Under the pieces are notes generated by a model. The model made no database searches, had not been told where the DNA came from, and worked only from the letters and a program-made list of their open reading frames with translations. DNA of 64,000 bases from OCS155 cluster bacterium AG-422-J23 (GTDB taxonomy: Bacteria; Actinomycetota; Acidimicrobiia; Actinomarinales; Actinomarinaceae): NCBI GenBank assembly GCA_003213625.1, contig QCMT01000001.1, forward strand, positions 369,568 to 433,567. Reading direction: 5' to 3'. Positions 27,482 through 37,325 of the stretch are shown piece after piece. Every line of letters starts with the position of its first letter. Within the stretch, counting starts at the first letter, position 1. The position numbers were made by a program, and so were the translations under genes.

Positions 27482-27900
27482 GAAGAAAAATTATATTTTT
27501 TGTACTGTTTTTACATAACTATATTTATATCTATTCAAACGGAAGATTTGGGAAAACAATATCTGACAGACCTTGTTTAATTCTTGAAAGTATAGGAGGG
27601 AAAACCGGAAAATTGCGTAAAAACGTCCTTGTGTATTTAAAAGAGGATAATTTAATTTGTATAGTAGCTTCTAAAGGTGGTAATCCTAAAAATCCAGGTT
27701 GGTACCACAATCTTAAAAACAATCCGGAAGCCAAAATCCAAATAGGTAGAGAAAGATTTAATGTGGTTGCTAGAGAAATTTTTGATCTTGAAAGAACTGA
27801 ATGGTGGAAAAAAATGGACTTTATGAATAATGGGGTATATGAACAGTACCAAAACAGAACAAGTAGAAAAATTCCAGTAATGTTATTAGAAATTACTTAG
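27478..27900 (+). CDS. Deazaflavin(F420/FO)-dependent oxidoreductase, nitroreductase (Ddn-like FDOR-A) family
   Basis: Hallmark ASKGGNPKNPGWYHNLKNNPEAKIQIG ... RKIPVMLLE. Start ATG 27478 overlaps the photolyase-like gene stop (ATGA). Confidence 0.85.
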   Translation: MRRKIIFFVLFLHNYIYIYSNGRFGKTISDRPCLILESIGGKTGKLRKNVLVYLKEDNLICIVASKGGNPKNPGWYHNLKNNPEAKIQIGRERFNVVAREIFDLERTEWWKKMDFMNNGVYEQYQNRTSRKIPVMLLEIT

Positions 27901-27953
27901 TCACATATTGCGCCTAAGTCAGTTTTGTAATTTATTTTAAAAAAAGTCAAATA

Positions 27954-28586
27954 TTAAAGGGTTTGAAGTAATGATCTAATATTAATTGGATCTAATTCTT
28001 TGACTATTAAATCAGCGTTAGAAAGTTGATCTTTGGTAAACATACCTCTATCTACAGCGATAACAAAATTATTCGATTCTTTTCCAGACAAAATACCAGT
28101 TGGGCTATCTTCAACGATAATATTTTTTGTAGTACCTAATTCATCGATAGCTTTTAAATATATTTCAGGGCTAGGCTTGTTGTTCGAAACTTCATTTCCA
28201 CCTATGACATGATCGAAATAGTTAATAATTTTTGCATCTTGTAATTTAAAGTTTAGAACCTCTTTTGGAGATGCTGATACACAAGCTTGCAAGACATCTC
28301 CATGGAATTCTTTCAAGCATTGCAAGGAATCCTTAAAGAGTATCTTTTCAGAAAACTCTACTCTCATAATTTTATGAAGCTCATCCATAGTCGAATCGAA
28401 ATTATCAAGTTCAACAATCTGAGAGAATTCAGCATGTACGATTCTGTCATCTATCCCAACAAATTTATCAAACTCTTCAATCGGTAGATCTAATCCTTTA
28501 CTAGATAAAAAATCTTTCCATGCATAAGCATATGATTTTTCCGTATCCATAATTGTTCCATCACAATCCCAGTAAATTCCGAACAT
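27954..28586 (-). CDS. HAD-superfamily hydrolase (subfamily IA phosphatase / beta-phosphoglucomutase-like)
   Basis: N-terminal DxD motif (WDCDGTIMDTE) and HAD core motifs. Confidence 0.75.
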   Translation of the reverse strand: MFGIYWDCDGTIMDTEKSYAYAWKDFLSSKGLDLPIEEFDKFVGIDDRIVHAEFSQIVELDNFDSTMDELHKIMRVEFSEKILFKDSLQCLKEFHGDVLQACVSASPKEVLNFKLQDAKIINYFDHVIGGNEVSNNKPSPEIYLKAIDELGTTKNIIVEDSPTGILSGKESNNFVIAVDRGMFTKDQLSNADLIVKELDPINIRSLLQTL

Positions 28587-28589
28587 GAT

Positions 28590-29666
28590 TTATCCAAGCT
28601 TTGATGCAATATCTTTTGCACTTTTTAATGCAATCCCATCGGAACCAGTAAGTGACCAATTATCAACTTGTCTAGACAATGCTTCGTCAATCATGGAGTC
28701 TAAAAGTTCAAATTTTGAACTATTTAAATTCTTCCATAAATAAAGCGCATGGCTTCCAGGAATTGTGTTTATTTCATTTATGTACAATGCATTTTCATGC
28801 AATAGAAAATCATATCTGTATATCCCTCGGGTAGGAATTATTTGATTTATTTTATTGACCATCTCAATCAATTTTTTTTCTATTTGTTCGTTTAGATTTG
28901 CTGGTAATTCTCTTTTTGAACCTTCCAGTCCCCCGTTTTCCAAATATTTGTCAGTATACGAAAAGAGTGTTTCGTTTTTAAGTGGTTTTTCAATCTCAGA
29001 TACATCAAAATCTGGAAAACTTCTAACTCCTATAAGTAAATCTATTGAATTTTCTAAATACTTTTCAATAACAGCCCCTTGTGAATATAAATCAGAATTC
29101 GTTATTAGTTTTTGAACGGTTGGTGCATCATTTATTAACTCAACTCCAATAGAAGATCCTCCAAATCGTGGTTTTAATACATAATTTCCATCAATATTCA
29201 TTTCTTCAGTATTTACTAACTTTTTTTCTATAACAGGCAACCCATTTTCTTTCATTACGGTATAAAAAGCATACTTATCCATGCAAATTTGAGCAGAAAT
29301 CTGATCTGGGCCAGTATATTTAATTCGAAATATGTTTAGTAATGACTGAAGTGAGCCATCCTCTCCAGGCCCTCCATGACAAGCATTGATTAGGACATCA
29401 AAGTGTAATTTTTTTCTTTTTTGATAAAATCCTGGATCATCGTTAAATTTCATCTCAAGTTTGTTTTTATATATTTTTTTATTACTCAAAAAATCTACAG
29501 ATTCGTATTCATTATCAACTAAATACCATTCATTATTTTTTGACCAATATAAAGCTATTACATCATACTTTTTTGATAAGATTCGAACACTTTGTAAACC
29601 GGTGAGTATTGATATATCATGTTCGGGAGAAGGCCCTCCGAATACTACTCCAATTGTTTTACTCAT
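28590..29666 (-). CDS. ddl: D-alanine--D-alanine ligase
   Basis: IGVVFGGPSPEHDISILTG ... ATP-grasp Ddl. Confidence 0.9.
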   Translation of the reverse strand: MSKTIGVVFGGPSPEHDISILTGLQSVRILSKKYDVIALYWSKNNEWYLVDNEYESVDFLSNKKIYKNKLEMKFNDDPGFYQKRKKLHFDVLINACHGGPGEDGSLQSLLNIFRIKYTGPDQISAQICMDKYAFYTVMKENGLPVIEKKLVNTEEMNIDGNYVLKPRFGGSSIGVELINDAPTVQKLITNSDLYSQGAVIEKYLENSIDLLIGVRSFPDFDVSEIEKPLKNETLFSYTDKYLENGGLEGSKRELPANLNEQIEKKLIEMVNKINQIIPTRGIYRYDFLLHENALYINEINTIPGSHALYLWKNLNSSKFELLDSMIDEALSRQVDNWSLTGSDGIALKSAKDIASKLG

Positions 29667-29671
29667 TTAAT

Positions 29672-31198
29672 TTAAGGATAGTGGTCTGGAAGATCATTCT
29701 CATATAAAACAATATCTTCTGATTTTACAACAGAATTTAGATAATTTACAGCTTCGTCCCTGTTTTGAAATATTTCGTAATCAACATCATTTTCTTGAAA
29801 TCCCGCTTTCAATGAATTTTTATTTGTTTTACCAACAATGAGTGCCTTATCAACTACTTGACTAGCCTCTAACGCAAAAGCATAATTTATAGCATACTGA
29901 TCACTACCAAGTTCGACCATGCCAGGAGTGACAAGATAACGTACAGATTCTTCTGATGCAAGCTCCTGTAGAGTCTCTAAACTATATTCAATTCCCATAG
30001 GATTGGAGTTAAATGAATTATCAATAATTGTGTGGCCCAAGTCACTTTTCAAAATGTTTTGACGATGTTTAGATTTATCAAGAGAATCTAATTTATTTAA
30101 GTACTTTCTCACATCCAAATCTAATGCGAGCATGACCCCTATAGAGAGGGATATTGATAGTTGTAAAAGCTTAGGACCGTTAACAGAACCCAGTAGATTA
30201 TTTGCAACATAAATATCGTGCTTACCATTTTGATACTCTACGCAGACAGTTGCTTCTCTGGAAGTAATTGAGCAATCGTAAACATTTTTCTGATTTGTCC
30301 AAAGCCTTGCTTCATTCAATAGCATTTCGTCATCACCATTGATTACCACCGAACCGGCAAGTTCTACTATTTCTGACTTAGCATCAAGAATATTTTCTAA
30401 AGATTTCATTCTCTCCAAATGAACTGGAGCAATTCCGGTTATAACGGATACATGTGGCCTAACCCATGAACAAATTTCACGTATTTCCCCATTTGAATAT
30501 GTTCCCATTTCAATAATTGCTAGTTCATGATCGTCATTAAATCCTTCATTTATTGCTTTTGCTATTCCTAAGCGATTGTTATAACTTTCTGGAGTTACAA
30601 AAACATTATTTGATTCATCAAGAATCTTGGCAAGAACATTTTTTGTTGTTGTTTTTGAATATGAACCTGTGATTCCTATTACAGGAATTGCGTTAGAGTT
30701 CAGTTTTTTTGAAGCATCATTAATGAACGGTCTGGATTTATTTTTTTCATAATTAAACATAAGCCTAAGTGCTTGATCAAAAATAAAGTAAGAGAACATA
30801 TTTGCAGCTAATGCAAGAAAATAGCCATACCCTAAGGTGTATGAAAAAATAGACACTAAAACTACAAGGAAGTAATAACAATATGTGACCCTATTAAGTC
30901 TTTCTGTTTTATCAACTTTGCTAGTTCTTGACTTTAATGACAATCCAACTGGTGTGTAAATATTGATAACTGAAATGATTATTGGAATATAAGCAAAGAA
31001 AAGAGAGATGATACAAAGAACTAATGTAATAAATAGAATGAACCTATTTAATCCCCTTGACCTCACCCATCTAAAATAAAATTTGGTTATATAACCTGGT
31101 ATGTAATGCTCTCTTTGAGCAATTCTCTGCCATCTAATTGCATTGAAACATGTTCCAATAGTTATTATCACTAATGTGGCGATAGAGATTAAATTCAT
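29672..31198 (-). CDS. murF: UDP-MurNAc-tripeptide--D-Ala-D-Ala ligase (MurF)-like Mur ligase with an N-terminal polytopic membrane domain
   Basis: Mur ligase central domain (IGITGSYSKTTTK) and MurF C-terminal motif IDNSFNSNP (DDSYNANP-like). The first ~150 aa are about four hydrophobic helices instead of MurF domain 1. ddl-murF arrangement. Confidence 0.7.
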   Translation of the reverse strand: MNLISIATLVIITIGTCFNAIRWQRIAQREHYIPGYITKFYFRWVRSRGLNRFILFITLVLCIISLFFAYIPIIISVINIYTPVGLSLKSRTSKVDKTERLNRVTYCYYFLVVLVSIFSYTLGYGYFLALAANMFSYFIFDQALRLMFNYEKNKSRPFINDASKKLNSNAIPVIGITGSYSKTTTKNVLAKILDESNNVFVTPESYNNRLGIAKAINEGFNDDHELAIIEMGTYSNGEIREICSWVRPHVSVITGIAPVHLERMKSLENILDAKSEIVELAGSVVINGDDEMLLNEARLWTNQKNVYDCSITSREATVCVEYQNGKHDIYVANNLLGSVNGPKLLQLSISLSIGVMLALDLDVRKYLNKLDSLDKSKHRQNILKSDLGHTIIDNSFNSNPMGIEYSLETLQELASEESVRYLVTPGMVELGSDQYAINYAFALEASQVVDKALIVGKTNKNSLKAGFQENDVDYEIFQNRDEAVNYLNSVVKSEDIVLYENDLPDHYP

Positions 31199-31902
31199 CT
31201 TTTAATTATCTCAATAATCTGATCTTTTGAGGTATCCAAACAAAAATGATTTTCTTTTAGCAATACTGTTAATTCTGAATCAGGAATTAGACTGTCAGCA
31301 ATTTTTCCATTTTCAAGTGGAGCAATTAAGTCATACTCTCCATACACAAGTTGTACATGTGTATTTATTTTTGGAAGAATTTCAGACATATTATGATTTA
31401 CAGCCTGAACTAACGTATCTCTCAAGTCCTTATTAGCGTTTTTATAATCGTCAGAGCCATAATTTTTTTTAATCTTTTCCATTCTTTGATCACCAATAAT
31501 ATTTAATTTATTTAAAAATTTGAATAATTTAAACAAGGAAAAAGGGTTTGGTTGAATAGGTGATCTTATAAGTGGAGATCCAATTACAACTATTTTTTTA
31601 TAATTTTTTAATTGAGATAAATGTACAGCAACCGTTCCACCAAAAGAGTGACCAACAATTACTTCTACAGAATCTGGAATTAATTCAATTAAATATTCTG
31701 CATAAAACTCAGGTGGTCCGCTTTGCTCAAATGGCACCGATTTTCCAAATCCTGGAATGTCAATAGCAATGCTTTCAAATTCTTTTGAGATATTTTTCCA
31801 GTTATTACTTTCTCCACCCCAACCATGTAGAAAACAAATGTTTGGATTCTCTGAATTTACTTGAGCATAAGTTAAATTATCAGAGAGAATTTTAGCGATC
31901 AT
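31195..31902 (-). CDS. Alpha/beta-hydrolase fold esterase
   Basis: Nucleophile elbow GHSFGG and oxyanion region HGWGG. Confidence 0.7.
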   Translation of the reverse strand: MIAKILSDNLTYAQVNSENPNICFLHGWGGESNNWKNISKEFESIAIDIPGFGKSVPFEQSGPPEFYAEYLIELIPDSVEVIVGHSFGGTVAVHLSQLKNYKKIVVIGSPLIRSPIQPNPFSLFKLFKFLNKLNIIGDQRMEKIKKNYGSDDYKNANKDLRDTLVQAVNHNMSEILPKINTHVQLVYGEYDLIAPLENGKIADSLIPDSELTVLLKENHFCLDTSKDQIIEIIKR

Positions 31903-32273
31903 TAGTTTAGATATTCTCCTATTGTATCTATTGTTCTCATTTCAAGACCCATAAGATAAAGTAGAGCAATACCCCAATAAAGATAATATTTTTCATTCAT
32001 TTGAAATCTATAAACGTACAAAAATGTAAGTGTAAACAGCACAACTACTGCATAAAACAAATAAAAAGATCCAATATTTTCATTTATTGTATAAGTATAT
32101 GAAACAAGCAACGATTGAATTATCAATGAAATGACTGATATAAATATTAAAGTATTTCCAATTTTTTTACTTTGATATTTTTTTATGAAATTCATTGTCA
32201 GCATCATTAATCCACTTATTCCACAAATTGTAGCACTGACGGTTCCTATAAAATTTAAGGTACTTGTTTCCAT
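31902..32273 (-). CDS. Small integral membrane protein of unknown function
   Basis: About four predicted TM helices. No recognisable motif. Confidence 0.35.
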   Translation of the reverse strand: METSTLNFIGTVSATICGISGLMMLTMNFIKKYQSKKIGNTLIFISVISLIIQSLLVSYTYTINENIGSFYLFYAVVVLFTLTFLYVYRFQMNEKYYLYWGIALLYLMGLEMRTIDTIGEYLN

Positions 32274-32297
32274 TAAATCATTTTAATAGCTATTAAA

Positions 32298-33602
32298 TTG
32301 AGTATTTATCCTATTTCAGTTACAGTAAAATCTATGCCTTCCCAGAATATGAGTTCAATTAAAAAAAATGTTCCTTCAGCATGGTATCCAACAATGGATT
32401 CATTTATAGCTAAAGGTAAAAATGCTGAAATTTGGGATAAAAATAATAACCGTTACCTAGATTTTGTAGGCGGATATGCCGTCCTTAATACTGGACATTT
32501 AAACCCAAGAGTTGTGAGAAGAGTTAAAAAACAATTAAATGACTACTCACATTCATGCTTTGCATTTGCACCACATGAAAATGCCGTTGAACTATGTGAC
32601 CAAATAAATAAAAGATATCCAATAAATCAAAAAACGAAAACCTTCCTTGTAAATAGTGGAGCTGAAGCGGTAGAAAATGCAATAAAAATAGCAAGGTATG
32701 CAACCGGAAGAGAAAAAATAATTGCATTCAAAGGGGGGTTTCATGGAAGAACTTACTTGGCTATGGGTTTAACAGGCAAAGAAAAACCGTATAAAGAAGG
32801 ATTTGGACCTTTTCCAAAATTTATAAGCCATATTGATTTTCCATATGATTACAGAGGTATATCTGATGATAAAGTTATAAAACAACTTCAAAACTTAATT
32901 TCAAAAAAAATTGACCCTAATGATATTGCTGCAATAGTCGTTGAAATTCAACTAGGTGAAGGAGGATACATACCTGCGTCTAATGGATTTCTTAAAAAAC
33001 TCAGAGAGATAACCAAAAAACATAATATTTTGTTAATTTTTGATGAAGTTCAGACAGGATTTGGTAGAACTGGTGAAATGTTTGGTGCAACAAAAGTAAA
33101 TGTTGAGCCTGATATGGTTACTTTAGCTAAAGGTATTGGTGGGGGCTTTCCTCTTGCAGCTGTTGTTGGAAAATCTAAAATTATGGACTCTGTTCATGAT
33201 GCGGGAATTGGTAGTACATTTGGCGCTTCACCTATTTCATGCGCTGCTGCTCTTGGCGTACTGGATGTTTTTGATAAAGACAATCTCCTACAAAAAGTAA
33301 ACAAGCAAGAATTAATAATGAAGAAATCTCTTGAAACCATGAAAGAAAATTTTGAGTTTGTTGGAGATGTCAGGGGTTATGGAATAATGAAGGGTGTAGA
33401 AATTGTCGAAAATAAAGAAAATAAAACAGCATCTAAAGAATTGGCAACGAAAATCATAAGTAATTCAAAAAAGAATGGATTGCTTCTTGTGAACTGTGGA
33501 AAAGAGGGAAACGTTATAAGGTTTATGGGCCCTTTAACTACACCATTAAATCAAGTAAGAGAGGCAATGGAAATGTTTAATAACGCTTTGGAGAAAATTT
33601 AA
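32298..33602 (+). CDS. Class-III (PLP-dependent) aminotransferase, GabT / 4-aminobutyrate aminotransferase-like
   Basis: AT-III motifs (FDEVQTGFGRTG; TLAKGIGGGFP). The true start may be 12-18 codons into the ORF. Confidence 0.8.
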   Translation: MSIYPISVTVKSMPSQNMSSIKKNVPSAWYPTMDSFIAKGKNAEIWDKNNNRYLDFVGGYAVLNTGHLNPRVVRRVKKQLNDYSHSCFAFAPHENAVELCDQINKRYPINQKTKTFLVNSGAEAVENAIKIARYATGREKIIAFKGGFHGRTYLAMGLTGKEKPYKEGFGPFPKFISHIDFPYDYRGISDDKVIKQLQNLISKKIDPNDIAAIVVEIQLGEGGYIPASNGFLKKLREITKKHNILLIFDEVQTGFGRTGEMFGATKVNVEPDMVTLAKGIGGGFPLAAVVGKSKIMDSVHDAGIGSTFGASPISCAAALGVLDVFDKDNLLQKVNKQELIMKKSLETMKENFEFVGDVRGYGIMKGVEIVENKENKTASKELATKIISNSKKNGLLLVNCGKEGNVIRFMGPLTTPLNQVREAMEMFNNALEKI

Positions 33603-34672
33603 TCTTCTTGATGTGTAAGTTCATGTAACTTTTGTAAAGTATCAGAATCTTTTGCAGCTATAGCAGGAGCCTTCATTAACCAAGCTGATACTAAATCAAG
33701 AGATTCTAAATCATCAGCATCTTTAAAAAATTTCATATATCTAACAGCATCAATTACTACGCCTGCACTATTTGGTGAATCCCATACTTCTAATTGAACT
33801 TCTATATTTAGAGGCACTCCTCCAAATGATTCACCCTCTAAACGAATAAATGCTTTTTTTCTATCTTCAAGCCATTCGACATAATCTGATGGACCGATTC
33901 TAACATTTTTTGGATCCATTCCTTTACCTTTGTTTGCTACAGATGTAACTGAAGATGTTTTACTTGTTCTTTTTGTTTCAAGACGATCCTCTTCAAGCAT
34001 ATTCAGAAAATCCATATTTCCACCCACGTTCAACTGATAAGATCTTTTTAAATTAACTCCCCTATCAGAAAATAATTGAGCTAAAACTCTATGAACAATT
34101 GTTGCACCGACTTGGCTTTTAATGTCGTCTCCAATAAGAGGGACATTATTGTCTTTAAACTTTTTATACCATTCATCGTCTCGAGCAATAAAAACAGGGA
34201 TACAATTTATAAATCCAACATTTGCAGCAATCGCACAATCAGCATAAAATTTGACTGCCTCATCAGAACCGACCGGAAGTAAATTTATTAATATTTCCGC
34301 ACCAGATTCTTTTAAATCTTTTATGACATTTTCTGAATCTTCAGTGGGATCAATAATGTCTTCTACAAATTTACCTATACCGTCAAGAACCTTTCCTGGT
34401 TTTACGTTTACACCTAAATTAGGTACTTCGGCGAATTTTACAGTATTGTTTGGTTCTTCAAATATTGCTTCCGATAAGTCTTTTCCTACTTTTGATTTAT
34501 TTATATCAAATGCACAAACAACTTCTATATCTGAAACACGATAGCCACCAATTACATCTGAAATTAAACCATTTTCATCTTGTTCACTTTTATAATATTC
34601 AAGTCCCTGTACAAAAGAACTGGCACAGTTTCCTACACCTAAAATTGCAACATTTATTTTTGAATCGGTCAT
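33599..34672 (-). CDS. ino1: myo-Inositol-1-phosphate synthase (archaeal/actinobacterial short type)
   Basis: NAD-binding N-terminus VAILGVGNCASSFVQG, 357 aa. Confidence 0.75.
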   Translation of the reverse strand: MTDSKINVAILGVGNCASSFVQGLEYYKSEQDENGLISDVIGGYRVSDIEVVCAFDINKSKVGKDLSEAIFEEPNNTVKFAEVPNLGVNVKPGKVLDGIGKFVEDIIDPTEDSENVIKDLKESGAEILINLLPVGSDEAVKFYADCAIAANVGFINCIPVFIARDDEWYKKFKDNNVPLIGDDIKSQVGATIVHRVLAQLFSDRGVNLKRSYQLNVGGNMDFLNMLEEDRLETKRTSKTSSVTSVANKGKGMDPKNVRIGPSDYVEWLEDRKKAFIRLEGESFGGVPLNIEVQLEVWDSPNSAGVVIDAVRYMKFFKDADDLESLDLVSAWLMKAPAIAAKDSDTLQKLHELTHQED

Positions 34673-34888
34673 TAAATTACTTTAACTGATATGGGATATA
34701 ACAAAAATAACATCTATATTTAACCACCAAATATGTGGTTATACCAGCTGGCAGAATTATATAAAATAGCAACAATGAAGTACAAGATAAACGACAGAAC
34801 TCCAAGTATTTGTAAAATTTTTAAAAACTTATCCACAGACAAAGACTACTTGACAATAAAATAAATATTAAATAGTTAAGATTTAAAT

Positions 34889-35860
34889 ATGATTAAAAAT
34901 TTGTCACCATCAAGAGCATCTCAGTTTAAAACCTGCCCTAAACAATTTAAGTTTGCGAATATTGACAAAATTAAAGAGCCAACTAATGAAGTACAAGCCA
35001 AAGGAACAACTGTACACGAAGCTCTAGAAAAAATATTTGATTTACCTAAAGAAGAAAGAAATTTAGAAAATCTTCATAACTTATTCAGGAAAGTATGGAC
35101 AGATGTACGAGCAAGTGATGAACATGTTCATCTTTTTAATGATCAATCCGAAGAAAGGGAATGGGGATTGGATGGGTTAAAGCTTCTTTCAAATTACTTA
35201 ACTCTTGAAAATCCTGCGTTATTTGATCCTTTAGAGAGAGAAAGATGGGTCAGAGGCTCTATAGAGGATTTAAATTTACGTGGAATATTAGACCGGATGG
35301 ATAGAAATGATAAAGGTGAATTAATTATTGTAGATTACAAATCAGGGAAAGCTCCAAATGCTAAATACAAAGAACCAAGATTTTTTGCATTAAAGTTGTA
35401 TGCATTATTGATCAAAAACGAAATTGGTGAAACACCAGCTGAATTAAAATTAATTTATTTACAAAACTCAACCATTCATACAATGAAAGTAGATGAAGAA
35501 ATGCTTAGGAATGCGGAAAAAGAGATTTTAGAGATATGGAATAATATTAAAGTTGCATTTGAAAGTAACAATTTTCCAACAATCAAAAATACATTATGTG
35601 ATTGGTGTTACTACAAGCCAATTTGCCCAGAGTTTAATAAAAATGCACCAAGTACAGTTGAGCTGGAAAATTGTAATGAAAAAATAGATGAAATTAATGA
35701 AACATTAGAAGCTATAAATTTAGTTGGAGGTTTAGATAATCTTCCAGATAACAGTCCATTAAAAAATACAAATCTAGATGAAATCAATAAAAATTTGGAA
35801 GAATTGAATATTACAAAAAATAAAATAGTTAAAGATATAGAAGAATTTTTACGGAAATAA
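34889..35860 (+). CDS. PD-(D/E)XK nuclease, RecB/Cas4-like with an Fe-S Cys cluster and an acidic low-complexity C-terminal tail
   Basis: Motifs VHEALE, ILDRMD, IVDYKSGK (D...D/ExK). Four Cys (one in FKTCPKQ, three in CDWCYYKPICP), as in Cas4/AddB-type nucleases. Confidence 0.65.
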   Translation: MIKNLSPSRASQFKTCPKQFKFANIDKIKEPTNEVQAKGTTVHEALEKIFDLPKEERNLENLHNLFRKVWTDVRASDEHVHLFNDQSEEREWGLDGLKLLSNYLTLENPALFDPLERERWVRGSIEDLNLRGILDRMDRNDKGELIIVDYKSGKAPNAKYKEPRFFALKLYALLIKNEIGETPAELKLIYLQNSTIHTMKVDEEMLRNAEKEILEIWNNIKVAFESNNFPTIKNTLCDWCYYKPICPEFNKNAPSTVELENCNEKIDEINETLEAINLVGGLDNLPDNSPLKNTNLDEINKNLEELNITKNKIVKDIEEFLRK

Positions 35861-37111
35861 TCCTCTAGTTAACTTTGCAGCAGCCACTTTTTTAATTCCT
35901 TTAATTAAAGCAGCAGTTCTTAAGTCAACTTTATTCTTTTCAGAAATAATCCATATCTCTTCAAAGGCTGAGGTCAGAACATCGATCAATCGATCGTGTA
36001 ATTCTTTTTCTTTCCATAAATAGTTCTGTGTATTTTGGACCCATTCAAAATAACTGGCAGTAACACCACCTGCATTTGCAAGAATATCAGGTATTAGTAA
36101 AACTCCATTATCCCTTAATATTTTATCTGCATTAAGGGTTGTTGGTGAGTTTGCTCCCTCAACAATAATTTTTGCTTTGATATTGTCTGCGTTATTTGAT
36201 TTGATAACACCTCCAACAGCAGCAGGAATTAAAATATCACATTCAATTTCCAATATTTCATCGTCAAAATTATCTGCACCATCAAAATCTTTTACAGATT
36301 TGTTTTTAGCTATGTACTTAAAGAGTTCAGGAATATTAATTCCATTCTTATTATAAATAGCACCACCTAAATCATTTACAGCAATTACTTTTGCTCCTCT
36401 TTCATACGAGTCAAGAGCCGCATACCGCCCAACATTTCCAAATCCCTGGATAACAACTGTTGAGTTTTCATATTTTAAATTTAATTTATCTAAAGCAGCG
36501 TTTGCAATAGCTACAACTCCTCTACCGGTTGCTTCTCTTCTTGTGATCGAGCCTCCAAGTGAAGCTGGTTTACCAGTTACAATTCCTGGTTGTGGTGAGC
36601 CAACGAAATTACTGTAGGTATCCATGATCCATGCCATAGTTTGTTCATCTGTTCCAAGATCTGGACCTGGGATGTCCTTGTCAACACCAATTACTGGCAA
36701 CAACTCAGCTGTGTATCTTCTTGTAACCCTTTGTTTCTCTTGTTTTGAAAGAGGGGTTGGATCAATTGCAACACCACCCTTTGCTCCACCATAGGGTAAT
36801 CCAACAATTGCGGACTTCCATGACATCAAAATTGCTAATGCTGTAACTTCGCCTAAATTTACATTCGAAGCATATCTGATACCTCCTTTAGTTGGTCCCA
36901 TTGATAAGACGTGTTGTACTCGGTATCCAATTACAGTTTCAACCTCATCATACTCATCTCTTCTGAATGGAAATGTCACCGTTAGTGCTCTTTGAGGGAG
37001 TTTTAATCTTTCTCTAATATTCGAATCAAGATTAATGAATTCAGTTACTTCATCATATTGCTTAATGACCTCTTTATACATGTTTGACTCAAAAAGGTCT
37101 GAATTACTCAT
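35849..37111 (-). CDS. gdhA: Glutamate dehydrogenase (Glu/Leu/Phe/Val dehydrogenase family)
   Basis: Catalytic motif LSMGPTKGGIRY and NAD(P)-binding GFGNVG. Confidence 0.9.
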   Translation of the reverse strand: MSNSDLFESNMYKEVIKQYDEVTEFINLDSNIRERLKLPQRALTVTFPFRRDEYDEVETVIGYRVQHVLSMGPTKGGIRYASNVNLGEVTALAILMSWKSAIVGLPYGGAKGGVAIDPTPLSKQEKQRVTRRYTAELLPVIGVDKDIPGPDLGTDEQTMAWIMDTYSNFVGSPQPGIVTGKPASLGGSITRREATGRGVVAIANAALDKLNLKYENSTVVIQGFGNVGRYAALDSYERGAKVIAVNDLGGAIYNKNGINIPELFKYIAKNKSVKDFDGADNFDDEILEIECDILIPAAVGGVIKSNNADNIKAKIIVEGANSPTTLNADKILRDNGVLLIPDILANAGGVTASYFEWVQNTQNYLWKEKELHDRLIDVLTSAFEEIWIISEKNKVDLRTAALIKGIKKVAAAKLTRGLFP

Positions 37112-37325
37112 TACATGGCTATCTTATTCTAAAAAATTACTTGTTGTATGTTTTTTTATATTTTTTGTCATATCCGTTTTCTATTATTTCTTTTATGAAA
37201 AATAACAAAATTGAAGATATTCTTAAATCATGCGGGTTGGAAGCAGTGATTGTTTGCTACCAACATAGTGACAGCTGTAGATGTCATGAAGACTATAGAA
37301 AAGCCGCTTAGTTTAGGAGTACATA

